Virus record (IMG/VR): IMGVR_UViG_3300044693_000047
Location: 1 to 38,050 of that record
Source: a virus
Length of the DNA: 38,050 nucleotides
Direction: 5' to 3' (one strand)
Position numbers and translations under genes: made by a program. The notes under the pieces are model-generated. The model had not been told where the DNA came from, did not search any database, and saw only the letters and a list, made by a program, of their open reading frames with translations. This document shows, piece after piece, positions 16,248-24,008 of this stretch (the first letter of the stretch is position 1; every line of letters begins with the position of its first letter).

Positions 16248-16538
16248 CTATTTCTCCATGATGAAGAGAACATCCATTTCGCACATCGCGAGAAGTGTCT
16301 CGCCGTTATGCTGAAACGGTTGCTGTGCGTACTTACCGAACATGATCTTATCGCCTTCCTTGACCTGCATCGGTTGGCGAGATCCATCGTCATTCTTGCG
16401 TCCAGGACCAATGGAAACGACCGTACCGGCCATAGGCTTTTCTTCTTCGAGCTGGACCAGCACCAAGCCCCAGGACGTCAATGCTTCGGTAGGGAAGGGC
16501 TTGACGATGATGCGGTTATCGAGCGGCTGGATGCCCAT
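16248..16538 (-). CDS. GroES-family co-chaperonin homologue (copy 1, 96 aa)
   Basis: MGIQPLDNRIIVKPFPTEALTSWGLVLVQLEEEKPMAGTVVSIGPGRKNDDGSRQPMQVKEGDKIMFGKYAQQPFQHNGETLLAMCEMDVLFIMEK aligns along its whole length with E. coli GroES (MNIRPLHDRVIVKR...GGIVL...GEVLAVGNGR...VKVGDIVIF...EVLIMSESDILAIV). Confidence 0.8.
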   Translation of the reverse strand: MGIQPLDNRIIVKPFPTEALTSWGLVLVQLEEEKPMAGTVVSIGPGRKNDDGSRQPMQVKEGDKIMFGKYAQQPFQHNGETLLAMCEMDVLFIMEK

Positions 16539-16990
16539 CAGTCAGTCACCTTCATATGATCTGTTTTAGGCTTTCGTTTGTAGCCTTTGGGAGGTCCGGG
16601 TTTCTTGCGCGGTGGCTTATCAGACTGCGTCTGGACCAACGGCATACAAGGTACTTCGCCATGACCCATGGCCTTGGATTCTTCCTCAACCGAATTCACT
16701 AGAAGTTCTTCGCCGTCCGGTGTGCGAATGAACTTCGGATACTCCTGAAACTCCGCATTCGGACCCGTAAATCCGAGAAGGGAAGGCGTGCCGTCCGCTG
16801 GGTAATACCCCCTTGATTCATACCACTCCTGCTGATCCGGATCGACTACCGTCACATCAGGGAATCGATCGGATGTACCAGGAAATTCCACTTCTCCCGG
16901 TTGAGGCTTGTAATTTCGTGGCCAAACCTCTTGCGCTAAACCTTTGACGAAGGCCGGATGCTTCATCACTTTCGGGTAACCGGCTTGCAT
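16538..16990 (-). CDS. hypothetical protein (150 aa) with two YPK-type repeat modules and a basic Pro/Lys-rich tail
   Basis: MQAGYPKVMKHPAF...DPDQQEWYESRGYYP...EYPKFIRTPDGEELLVNSVEEESKAMGHG...PRKKPGPPKGYKRKPK. The stop overlaps the GroES-like start (TGATG). Confidence 0.7.
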   Translation of the reverse strand: MQAGYPKVMKHPAFVKGLAQEVWPRNYKPQPGEVEFPGTSDRFPDVTVVDPDQQEWYESRGYYPADGTPSLLGFTGPNAEFQEYPKFIRTPDGEELLVNSVEEESKAMGHGEVPCMPLVQTQSDKPPRKKPGPPKGYKRKPKTDHMKVTD

Positions 16991-16993
16991 GAT

Positions 16994-17185
16994 CTAACCC
17001 TCCTTCAGGCGAAGATTGCGCTGCATGCGACGCTCACGCTTCTCACGAGCAGCTTTCATCTTGTGATATTGCGTGGTCGGTGATTGCATCGATCGTTCTT
17101 GACCGTAATGGATAGGCGGTTTGTACCCAAACAGGTTGACCGCCAAGTCCATCGCGATATTTGCCACGATGTTGATGCGGCTCAT
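16994..17185 (-). CDS. hypothetical protein (63 aa)
   Basis: ATG 17185 is in an ATGA overlap with the upstream stop. MSRINIVANIAMDLAVNLFGYKPPIHYGQ... has a basic C-terminus. Confidence 0.6.
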   Translation of the reverse strand: MSRINIVANIAMDLAVNLFGYKPPIHYGQERSMQSPTTQYHKMKAAREKRERRMQRNLRLKEG

Positions 17186-17406
17186 TCTTTGTTACCCGAA
17201 ATAGCAGATTCTTCCTCGGCGTTATGCACGACCTTATCGTCGACCATCTTCGGATATTCCTGGGGTACATAGGCATCGCCCGAAAGTTCCTTTTCGTAGC
17301 CTTCCAGCTTGTCCTTGATCTCGCCCCATTCCTTTTTGGCCTCGACAGCCAAGTCATGAAATTCCGTTTCCACGGTCGCTTCAATGAGTTTCCAGAGATT
17401 TTCCAC
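17182..17406 (-). CDS. hypothetical protein (74 aa) with one YPK-type module
   Basis: GTG 17406 is preceded by GAGAGG. ...YVPQEYPKMVDDKVVHNAEEESAISGNKE. Confidence 0.6.
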   Translation of the reverse strand: MENLWKLIEATVETEFHDLAVEAKKEWGEIKDKLEGYEKELSGDAYVPQEYPKMVDDKVVHNAEEESAISGNKE

Positions 17407-17418
17407 GGTAGTTACCTC

Positions 17419-17613
17419 TCAAGCGTATACGGGATAGATAATGGGATCGGACCAGTCGCGTTCCTTGCCTTCGCGAATCTTCATGGCGATCGCATCGCGC
17501 AACCGCTGGGCTTGTTCCTCGATCATGGCTGGGCCAACGTCAATTGAGGTCTCACTGCCCGTCTTCGGATTCCTTGCCAAGACACGAACATGGTAGAGCT
17601 GCTGTTTCTGCAT
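17419..17613 (-). CDS. hypothetical protein (64 aa)
   Basis: MQKQQLYHVRVLARNPKTGSETSIDVGPAMIEEQAQRLRDAIAMKIREGK... It is the first ORF after the capsid-region terminator. Confidence 0.6.
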   Translation of the reverse strand: MQKQQLYHVRVLARNPKTGSETSIDVGPAMIEEQAQRLRDAIAMKIREGKERDWSDPIIYPVYA

Positions 17614-17624
17614 GGCTGATCCTC

Positions 17625-17666
17625 AAAGAAAAAGGGCCACTTCCCCACTGCGAGAAGCGGCCCTTT
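17625..17666 (-). terminator. rho-independent terminator after the coat/head-associated genes
   Basis: Plus strand: aaagaaAAAGGGCCaCTTCcccactgcgaGAAGcGGCCCTTT. The stem is 8 + 4 bp with one mismatch. On the minus strand it is followed by TTTTTCTTTG. Confidence 0.75.
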
Positions 17667-17681
17667 AAGTCTACGTCAATT

Positions 17682-17969
17682 TCACGGCTTGATGAGGTTC
17701 AGGCCCTTCAGGATGGCAACAAGGTCGCCGATCGTATAGGCCGTAGTGCCTACTCCTCCATCGAACGTGGTATTGGTGAAAACGTTCGTGGTCGAACCTG
17801 CAGCAACGGTATGCGTATTTCCCGCAGGCGTAGCCTGCGGTACACCCTGCGACAGACCATAGAACCCGATGTTGTCCGTTGCGCTGGCACCCAAGACGGT
17901 GCCAAGCGAGTTCTGGTCGGAGAGCTGGCGGGTAGCCGCTGCGATGGTAGAAGTGGTTGCGATGCCCAT
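17682..17969 (-). CDS. small head-associated protein (decoration/fibre-like, 95 aa)
   Basis: Lies immediately downstream of the coat gene. ...NIGFYGLSQGVPQATP...TTAYTIGDLVAILKGLNLIKP is a pattern I associate with small proteins encoded next to major capsid genes. Confidence 0.55.
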   Translation of the reverse strand: MGIATTSTIAAATRQLSDQNSLGTVLGASATDNIGFYGLSQGVPQATPAGNTHTVAAGSTTNVFTNTTFDGGVGTTAYTIGDLVAILKGLNLIKP

Positions 17970-17984
17970 GTATGCGATCTCCGA

Positions 17985-19169
17985 TTAGTTGGTCAGACGG
18001 ACGCCAAGTTCCGGGTAGTACGTCGTGGTGCCGTATAAGATATCCATACGAGTCGGGAAGACATCATTATTGATGTCGTATGCCCGGATAATACGCATCG
18101 AGATATTCCGGAACGTCTCGCGCGCCTTGAAGTCCACGCCTTCCGGCAATTCCAGCGGCACGCAGACCAGACCAAAACAGTCTTTCGTAAAGCCGATGTT
18201 CTGGGCGTACTGAGTGGAGGCCGTACCTTTGACGGTGATGGGCGCGTTGTTGGCCGGCGAGTTGGTGACGGTCTGATACGCGCCACTGGTGGTAATAGCC
18301 GGATAGATCGAGATCGTCGATGCACCGCCTGCGCTGGAGTTGGCCGTCGCGGTAACCACGAAGTTCTGAAGCTGCTGCGTGGAAACCTTGCTGCGCGGAT
18401 TCACCGCAAACACGCCAGCGATGGTGAAGACGTCGCCCACGTTCAACAGGCCGTTGACCGAAGCCGTCCAACCGCCGGTGACCAGTGAGCTACCGGTCTG
18501 GCCAGCGCCGTTGACGACCGGCGTACCACCATAGGCACCCACCGTCTGCGTGTAGGTGTTCTGGTCCATGTAGATTTCGAAGTTGGCGATATTGGCCAGG
18601 AATCCCTTCAGCGCCGGTTCTGCTACGGATTGCACGTACAGGTTCACAAGGCCATTGGCCATCGACCAGTACGCCGCCGGATTGAGGATCAGGGTGCGAT
18701 TGGCCTGCGGTACAGCGCCTTCATCCATGCGCTGACCCACTGCCGCGATGCTGGCGAAGCTGTTGGGCAGCGTACCCGGCGTACCCACCTCATTGAAAAC
18801 CTGAGGCGTGTTGGCCAGGACAGTCTGGTCGAGCGAATTGGCAAGCTGTTCGCCAGCCGGAAGCAGATAGCGCTCACGGAACTCTTCGATGGTCAGCGTC
18901 AACTCCTGCGAGTTGAACTGGAAGTCCACGTGCTGCTGGTAGGAGATCGTAATGCTGGTCGAAGGCTCGGAAATCTGCTGGACCGACAGGCCGGGACCAT
19001 TGGTTACGACGAACTGGTTGGGTTTACGGACAGTCAGCGAGGAACCGATCTTTACGAACTGGTTCTCAAACTGACGATTGACCTTGTTGGCGGCGACCAG
19101 GTTATTGACCAGGATCGGCAACGTTTCCTTGGTAATCAAACTCGGGGTAAGAAGGGCATTCGATGCCAT
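17985..19169 (-). CDS. major capsid (coat) protein, P22 gp5-type family
   Basis: ATG 19169 is preceded by GGAGACACAAGCC; the track start 19193 lacks an RBS. MASNALLTPSLITKETLPILVNNLVAANKVNRQFENQFVKIGSSLTVRKPNQF... follows the P22-coat-family N-terminal pattern. It lies after the scaffold gene. Confidence 0.8.
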   Translation of the reverse strand: MASNALLTPSLITKETLPILVNNLVAANKVNRQFENQFVKIGSSLTVRKPNQFVVTNGPGLSVQQISEPSTSITISYQQHVDFQFNSQELTLTIEEFRERYLLPAGEQLANSLDQTVLANTPQVFNEVGTPGTLPNSFASIAAVGQRMDEGAVPQANRTLILNPAAYWSMANGLVNLYVQSVAEPALKGFLANIANFEIYMDQNTYTQTVGAYGGTPVVNGAGQTGSSLVTGGWTASVNGLLNVGDVFTIAGVFAVNPRSKVSTQQLQNFVVTATANSSAGGASTISIYPAITTSGAYQTVTNSPANNAPITVKGTASTQYAQNIGFTKDCFGLVCVPLELPEGVDFKARETFRNISMRIIRAYDINNDVFPTRMDILYGTTTYYPELGVRLTN

Positions 19170-19209
19170 GGCTTGTGTCTCCGGCCATGGCATCGGTTAG
19201 CCATGGCGA

Positions 19210-20154
19210 TCAGGTTCGTTTCTTGCGCATCTCTTCGAGCCTGCGCTCCATGTAATTCGGATCGTCTTCAGGGCTGACGCCAGCGGCTTCGCTTCGCGCA
19301 CCAGCAATAGGATTCACCGGCGCAGGAGCCTTGGACGTAGCAGCGGGCTTGTTAAGTCGCTCCGACAACTTGCCAATCTCGATGGCTGCATGCGGAGCAC
19401 CAAGCGCAGAGATACGCGCGGCTTCTGTGGGGTTCTGGCCTAGCCAGTACAGGACGTCGTGACCATTGGGGACGTGGAGCAGGGCCATGCCGACATGCTG
19501 GGCGACTTGAATATCCGGGTTTTCCGCCACGGACTCATAATCGGGATACTTCTCGACGGCCTTGGTGCGGCTCTCGTGCCAATTCGTCAGCACCTTTTGG
19601 AACTCGCCGGCAGCCTGGGTTTCCTGCGCCTTACGCGCTACCTCAGCCTCATGTTTCCGGAGTGCGTCGCGGGTAGACCACTGGGTCACTGCCTCGATGT
19701 ACAGATCCGGATCATCAAACTGATCACGCGAAGGCTTGGGGTCGTCCGTGTTTTCGGTACGCAGTTCGGTACGTTCGGGGACTTTCCGCTCCTGAAGGAG
19801 TTTCAGGGTTTCATCCAGCCGGCGAGCGTATTCTTCCTTCTCGCGCCGAAATTCCTCACGCTGCTTGGTGAGTTCGTCGATTCGTTTCTGAAAGCCGCCT
19901 TTGTGTTGCGGTTTCGCGGCGGAACCTTCGCCGGCATCGTCCGAGGTAGCCGTTGCCTCGGTATTTTCCCCACTGGGAGCGGGAGCGGCTGAGGCGGAAT
20001 CTACACCTGTCTTGCCTTCGTTTTCAACTGTGCCAGTGGCTTCGGTGTTAGGGGTTGGCGTGGGAGCTGGTGCTTGGGGCGCATCAGATGTCGCCGAAAG
20101 AGCAGGCTGGAATCGGCTGTTGGTGCCCATATCGAGGGCAGCTTGGTCGGGCAT
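19210..20154 (-). CDS. scaffolding protein
   Basis: 314 aa between the portal and coat genes. It has a disordered Ala/Pro/Thr-rich N-terminus followed by highly charged coiled-coil segments (KRIDELTKQREEFRREKEEYARRLDETLKLLQE). Confidence 0.7.
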   Translation of the reverse strand: MPDQAALDMGTNSRFQPALSATSDAPQAPAPTPTPNTEATGTVENEGKTGVDSASAAPAPSGENTEATATSDDAGEGSAAKPQHKGGFQKRIDELTKQREEFRREKEEYARRLDETLKLLQERKVPERTELRTENTDDPKPSRDQFDDPDLYIEAVTQWSTRDALRKHEAEVARKAQETQAAGEFQKVLTNWHESRTKAVEKYPDYESVAENPDIQVAQHVGMALLHVPNGHDVLYWLGQNPTEAARISALGAPHAAIEIGKLSERLNKPAATSKAPAPVNPIAGARSEAAGVSPEDDPNYMERRLEEMRKKRT

Positions 20155-20197
20155 AGATCACCTATGGATTAGGACCCCGTGTACCGCACGGGTACGG

Positions 20198-22387
20198 TCA
20201 TTGCTGGGGGTTCTCCCCGGAATTGTTGTCATCGGACTGATGGCGATGGAGCATGTCATAAGCGCGCATAAGCTGGTCGGTCATGCTCGTCGCATTCTTC
20301 TGATCCGCAGCCAGAGCGCGCTGGATGACGGCCATCACCTTGGCTTCGAAGTCCTTTTCGTTCTTATCGGCGAGCAGCATGCGGTCAGCAGTCTGATCCT
20401 GTAGCTGTTTCGCCATTTGTTGCATCTGGACCGTTTGCTGTTGCAACTGCATCTGCAACGCTTGGATGAGGGCTTGGATCTGCGGATCCACATCCGCCAT
20501 ATCAGGCACCAGGAGGTTAGGCGGCAATCCCTTAGCGAGACGGGCAGCGAACTGATCGGCATCCGGCCAATCCATGTTCTTGGCGATCAGGTCGGCGACC
20601 TTCATGGCCAGCTCGGGCGGCATGGAACCTACGAATTTAAGCATCTGATCCGAAGCCTCGATTCGCTTGGTGGCATAGCTCGGACCAACAGTGACACGTA
20701 CCCCGTATTTTCCGATGGTAGGATTGAAGACGGGGAGTTCCTTACCATCCGCGCTCTTACCATTCTGAAGGGCTTTGGCGGCATTCGGATCAAGACGGAT
20801 CGATTGCTCTTTGCCGTCTTCCCGGATGATCGTAAGGACCCGCTTGGTATCGTAGTAATGCGGGAACATCTTCAGGAATAGCAGGCCGGTGTAATGCAGG
20901 GCACGGGCCAGATTATCCGAATAGTGGAATGACCCAATGTCATCGGACCGTCGGATCTCATGGACTGCCTTGCCCGACTCATCATGCATGCGCTCGGCAA
21001 TGGTGGCGTCGAAGCGTATGCCCGTGACGGCCTGCATGTCTTGCGCTGCACCCTGGATGGCTTGGAGTACACCGGACGGCGCTTGCACCATGGGCTGACG
21101 CTGCGGAGGCGGTGCGGGCTTACCACCGATATTGGTGCCTTTGTAGAGCAAATAAGGGTTGGACTTCGTATTGGCTTGTTTCCATGCACCCTCATGGCCC
21201 TCCACTTGGCCCTCTTCCATCACCCAGGGCGCCTTCGGCTGCAGGGCAACAATCTCCGCTTCAGTCGTACGCCAATAGTTGTACATGCGCTGAGGATCTT
21301 TGGCATGGCGCACGATCCCGGAATAGGTCACCTTTCCTTGCTCATCGATCTCATCGCCAATCACGCGGACAATCGGCACGAAACCATCTGTCTTGACCTC
21401 GGTGCGCTCCAAAATCTCAATCGCATTGATCTTGTACCACATGCACTTTTTGTGCTCGGACTTGCGCTCATTGATGATGGAAATAGCGCCACTGGCGATC
21501 TGCGCTTGAATGTCGGCGGATAGCTCGTCCTTCCAGCCGGTGTGGCCGTTATCGAGCTGAACCAAATCGCGCATCTCATGCTCGATGCTGTAGTACTCGG
21601 CTACACGAATGGAGTCCTTGCTCACCCATTCTTTGTAGGTATCGCCCGCCCCAGAGGGGTTGAAACTGACCATCTGAGAATCGGGCCACTGTTCCTTGTA
21701 CTCATCGCTCGGGACCATTTCGCTAATGAAGCCGAATTTGGCATCCTGACCGGTGGGCATCTGCGCATCCGGATCTATGTACACCGTGAATTGATTGCGG
21801 ATGCGGCGCACGATGATGCGCTGATTGAAGCTATCCGGTGACTCGTATTCAGTGTCCACGCGCCAATAGCCATAACCGGCTGCAGCGGCCTGCTGAAAAG
21901 CGGTGTCGTAGGCAATGTCGGCTTGGCATTCGTACTGGATGTAACGAAAGATGCCGCCGAACATCGCCGCAGCCTTCTTGTCTACCTGATCGCCGACAGG
22001 GCTTAGATTGATCGATGGACGGTTCTCGCGCTGCGGGTTGGTAACCTGATGCACGAAGGTCAACAGCTTGTTGAAGGTCAAACAGGGGCGTTTGTCCGTG
22101 TTGCGCTGAGCGGCGACGTCCGCCGGCCACTGGTCACCTTTCAAGAACTTGGTGTCTTCCAGTGCCGCCTTTCGGTTATCGCCTTCGGCTGAAATGCAGC
22201 GCTCAAAGCGCTTGCGAGCCGTGAGAAGGATCTTCTGATCCGGATCATTGTCGTTGCCGAACGATCCATCTTCCTTGACGCCTTTACCACCCGATTTCTT
22301 CTTGGGTGGAAGCTTGTTCATGCCGTTATCGATTCTGGGTAGACCGATCTTGCCATCATCTTTCGGCGCGTCAGGACTGTTTGCCAT
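20198..22387 (-). CDS. portal protein, P22-type with a long C-terminal coiled-coil barrel
   Basis: 729 aa. The size, the position upstream of scaffold/coat and a Gln-rich helical C-terminus (IQALIQALQMQLQQQTVQMQQMAKQLQDQ...) resemble P22 gp1. Confidence 0.8.
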   Translation of the reverse strand: MANSPDAPKDDGKIGLPRIDNGMNKLPPKKKSGGKGVKEDGSFGNDNDPDQKILLTARKRFERCISAEGDNRKAALEDTKFLKGDQWPADVAAQRNTDKRPCLTFNKLLTFVHQVTNPQRENRPSINLSPVGDQVDKKAAAMFGGIFRYIQYECQADIAYDTAFQQAAAAGYGYWRVDTEYESPDSFNQRIIVRRIRNQFTVYIDPDAQMPTGQDAKFGFISEMVPSDEYKEQWPDSQMVSFNPSGAGDTYKEWVSKDSIRVAEYYSIEHEMRDLVQLDNGHTGWKDELSADIQAQIASGAISIINERKSEHKKCMWYKINAIEILERTEVKTDGFVPIVRVIGDEIDEQGKVTYSGIVRHAKDPQRMYNYWRTTEAEIVALQPKAPWVMEEGQVEGHEGAWKQANTKSNPYLLYKGTNIGGKPAPPPQRQPMVQAPSGVLQAIQGAAQDMQAVTGIRFDATIAERMHDESGKAVHEIRRSDDIGSFHYSDNLARALHYTGLLFLKMFPHYYDTKRVLTIIREDGKEQSIRLDPNAAKALQNGKSADGKELPVFNPTIGKYGVRVTVGPSYATKRIEASDQMLKFVGSMPPELAMKVADLIAKNMDWPDADQFAARLAKGLPPNLLVPDMADVDPQIQALIQALQMQLQQQTVQMQQMAKQLQDQTADRMLLADKNEKDFEAKVMAVIQRALAADQKNATSMTDQLMRAYDMLHRHQSDDNNSGENPQQ

Positions 22388-22614
22388 TAGTCTGCTCCAA
22401 GACGATCAATGATGATCTGCATCAATGCGCCGACGATCTTCAAGCGATTTTCTTCCCCAGAACCAACTGTTTCATAATTGCCACCGCGCAGCCAGAAAAC
22501 ACCACTAAAAGACACAATTTCTCCCTTTTCAGCCCGAGCCAACATCTCTCGAAGGAGATCGACCGCATGACGGTTGCATTGGTTTTCAATAGTGGTAAGA
22601 GGAATGACATTCAT
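22387..22614 (-). CDS. hypothetical protein (75 aa)
   Basis: ATG 22614 is in an ATGA overlap. The stop overlaps the portal start (TAATG). MNVIPLTTIENQCNRHAVDLLREMLARAEKGE... Confidence 0.65.
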   Translation of the reverse strand: MNVIPLTTIENQCNRHAVDLLREMLARAEKGEIVSFSGVFWLRGGNYETVGSGEENRLKIVGALMQIIIDRLGAD

Positions 22615-22832
22615 ATTCTGAACTCGCCTGGATCATGACCGGATGATACGGCATCGTAGAACCGTTCGGCGGCTCGCTGGCGAAGCTCCCTCAAACCCTT
22701 ACCATCCTCAGCGGGAACGATGCAGAAGTACTCATGCCCGCGTTCGTTGTAATACGAGATGCGTAGGGCTTCCTGGCCGAGAATAGGCGACCAGAACCGG
22801 TATTCCTGCAGGCGGATGGTGACTTCGCTCAA
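22611..22832 (-). CDS. hypothetical protein (73 aa)
   Basis: Overlap-coupled on both sides. MSEVTIRLQEYRFWSPILGQEALRISYYNERGHEYF... Confidence 0.65.
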   Translation of the reverse strand: MSEVTIRLQEYRFWSPILGQEALRISYYNERGHEYFCIVPAEDGKGLRELRQRAAERFYDAVSSGHDPGEFRI

Positions 22833-23035
22833 GCAGCCTTTTCCTCAGGCGCTAGCTTGGCCAAATGAATATCATTGATCCGACCCGATATCACGTAATG
22901 CACGTAAACCGGGAGCTGTCCTGGATACTCCACCGGGGCATTAAGCAACGTGCCCGTCACCAGCCTGTAGTGCTCATCGGATACCTCCCCGTTTGAACCC
23001 TTCAGCGGACCATCAATAAACCGTACCTTTGCCAT
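22829..23035 (-). CDS. hypothetical protein (68 aa), tandem paralogue of 23039..23257
   Basis: MAKVRFIDGPLKGSNGEV...LPVYVHYVISGRI... shares M-x-x-[VI]-[RK]-x-x-[DN]-G-x-x-KG ... YVHY-I-G with the upstream neighbour. Confidence 0.65.
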   Translation of the reverse strand: MAKVRFIDGPLKGSNGEVSDEHYRLVTGTLLNAPVEYPGQLPVYVHYVISGRINDIHLAKLAPEEKAA

Positions 23036-23038
23036 GAC

Positions 23039-23257
23039 TCATCCTTCATTGCTAGCTGTTTCGGATTCCATATTAGCCTCGAACAATAGGTATTTCTCCC
23101 CTACGAAGCCCTTGATGGAGTAATGCACGTATTTCTGACCATTGGAATGGCAGAGACTATCGACCGGGATGGATACCGTGTCGCCTACCTTAAGCTCCCC
23201 ATCAATATCGGCCTCAAAGCCTTTAGCTTGGCCATTCATGCACTTGATATGGCTCAT
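23039..23257 (-). CDS. hypothetical protein (72 aa), tandem paralogue of 22829..23035
   Basis: MSHIKCMNGQAKGFEADIDGEL...GQKYVHYSIKGFV... ATGA-coupled to the upstream GroES-like gene. Confidence 0.65.
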   Translation of the reverse strand: MSHIKCMNGQAKGFEADIDGELKVGDTVSIPVDSLCHSNGQKYVHYSIKGFVGEKYLLFEANMESETASNEG

Positions 23258-23526
23258 GACATCACCGCAATCACATCATCTTCTGTCATCACCAGAAGAT
23301 CCTGGCCATCCACCTTTACTTCCGTACCTGACATCTTACGGAAAATCACGCGATTTCCCACTGCCACATCATGGACATCATGACCAATGGCTAGAACCGT
23401 TCCCTCCGGCTTCAGCTCATTGCGGTCGTTGGTCTCTTTCAGTGCCAGAAGAATACCGCTTTCGGTCTTCGTCAGACGATCATCCCGCTTGACTACCAGG
23501 CGGTTATAGATGGGCTTCAGGTTCAT
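23254..23526 (-). CDS. GroES-family co-chaperonin homologue (copy 2, 90 aa, divergent)
   Basis: ATG 23526: MNLKPIYNRLVVKRDDRLTKTESGILLALKETNDRNELKPEGTVLAIGHDVHDVAVGNRVIFRKMSGTEVKVDGQDLLVMTEDDVIAVMS aligns with GroES. By eye it has a longer mobile-loop region and lacks the roof hairpin segment. Confidence 0.7.
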   Translation of the reverse strand: MNLKPIYNRLVVKRDDRLTKTESGILLALKETNDRNELKPEGTVLAIGHDVHDVAVGNRVIFRKMSGTEVKVDGQDLLVMTEDDVIAVMS

Positions 23527-23845
23527 GCAGCAGACTCCGTAGGAATTGGGTGTTCTCATCGGACCAGATATCCGTCTTATGCTTCATGGCCTCCTCCGTC
23601 TTGCCCATGCTTAGAAGAGTTGGATACGGATCGCCATTCAGGTAGGACTCCATGCGGCTTAGGGCTAAGGACTCGGCTCGCATCCGTTTCGGATTGTCCT
23701 CCTGACTATACAGTTCAGCCGGAAGCTCAGTGAGCAGGCTTCGTGTCGCGATCCAGCCAATGAAGCAGACCATATCCGTGCGGGCGTTGTAGCTCATCAC
23801 GTAGGACATGTGACCGAAGGTTTTAATGGGTAATGATTCGCTCAT
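23504..23845 (-). CDS. hypothetical protein (113 aa)
   Basis: ATG 23845: MSESLPIKTFGHMSYVMSYNARTDMVCFIGWIATRSLLTELPAELY... It overlaps both neighbours by 23 nt. Confidence 0.55.
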   Translation of the reverse strand: MSESLPIKTFGHMSYVMSYNARTDMVCFIGWIATRSLLTELPAELYSQEDNPKRMRAESLALSRMESYLNGDPYPTLLSMGKTEEAMKHKTDIWSDENTQFLRSLLHEPEAHL

Positions 23846-24008
23846 TTTCCGGTCTCGCATTTATGACACTCAGCCATTCTGCATAGGCTTCTTCAACGGT
23901 ATCGCCAAATCCCCATGCCATCTGGCCCGTACATAGCCATGGCCATTGAGTGCCTAGACAGCTTGAATTATGTCGAATAAGAGGCTTAATGCGGTCTAGA
24001 TCGCTCAT
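23823..24008 (-). CDS. hypothetical protein (61 aa)
   Basis: ATG 24008 is in an ATGA overlap with the terL stop. MSDLDRIKPLIRHNSSCLGTQWPWLCTGQMAWGFGDTVEEAYAEWLSVI... Confidence 0.6.
   Translation of the reverse strand: MSDLDRIKPLIRHNSSCLGTQWPWLCTGQMAWGFGDTVEEAYAEWLSVINARPENERIITH

Noticed and set aside
3819-23845. Three gene pairs overlap by exactly 23 nt (3819-3841, 23504-23526, 23823-23845), suggesting a shared recoding or coupling signal.
   Set aside because: The three overlap sequences share no similarity, and two depend on uncertain start choices. I treat this as coincidence.
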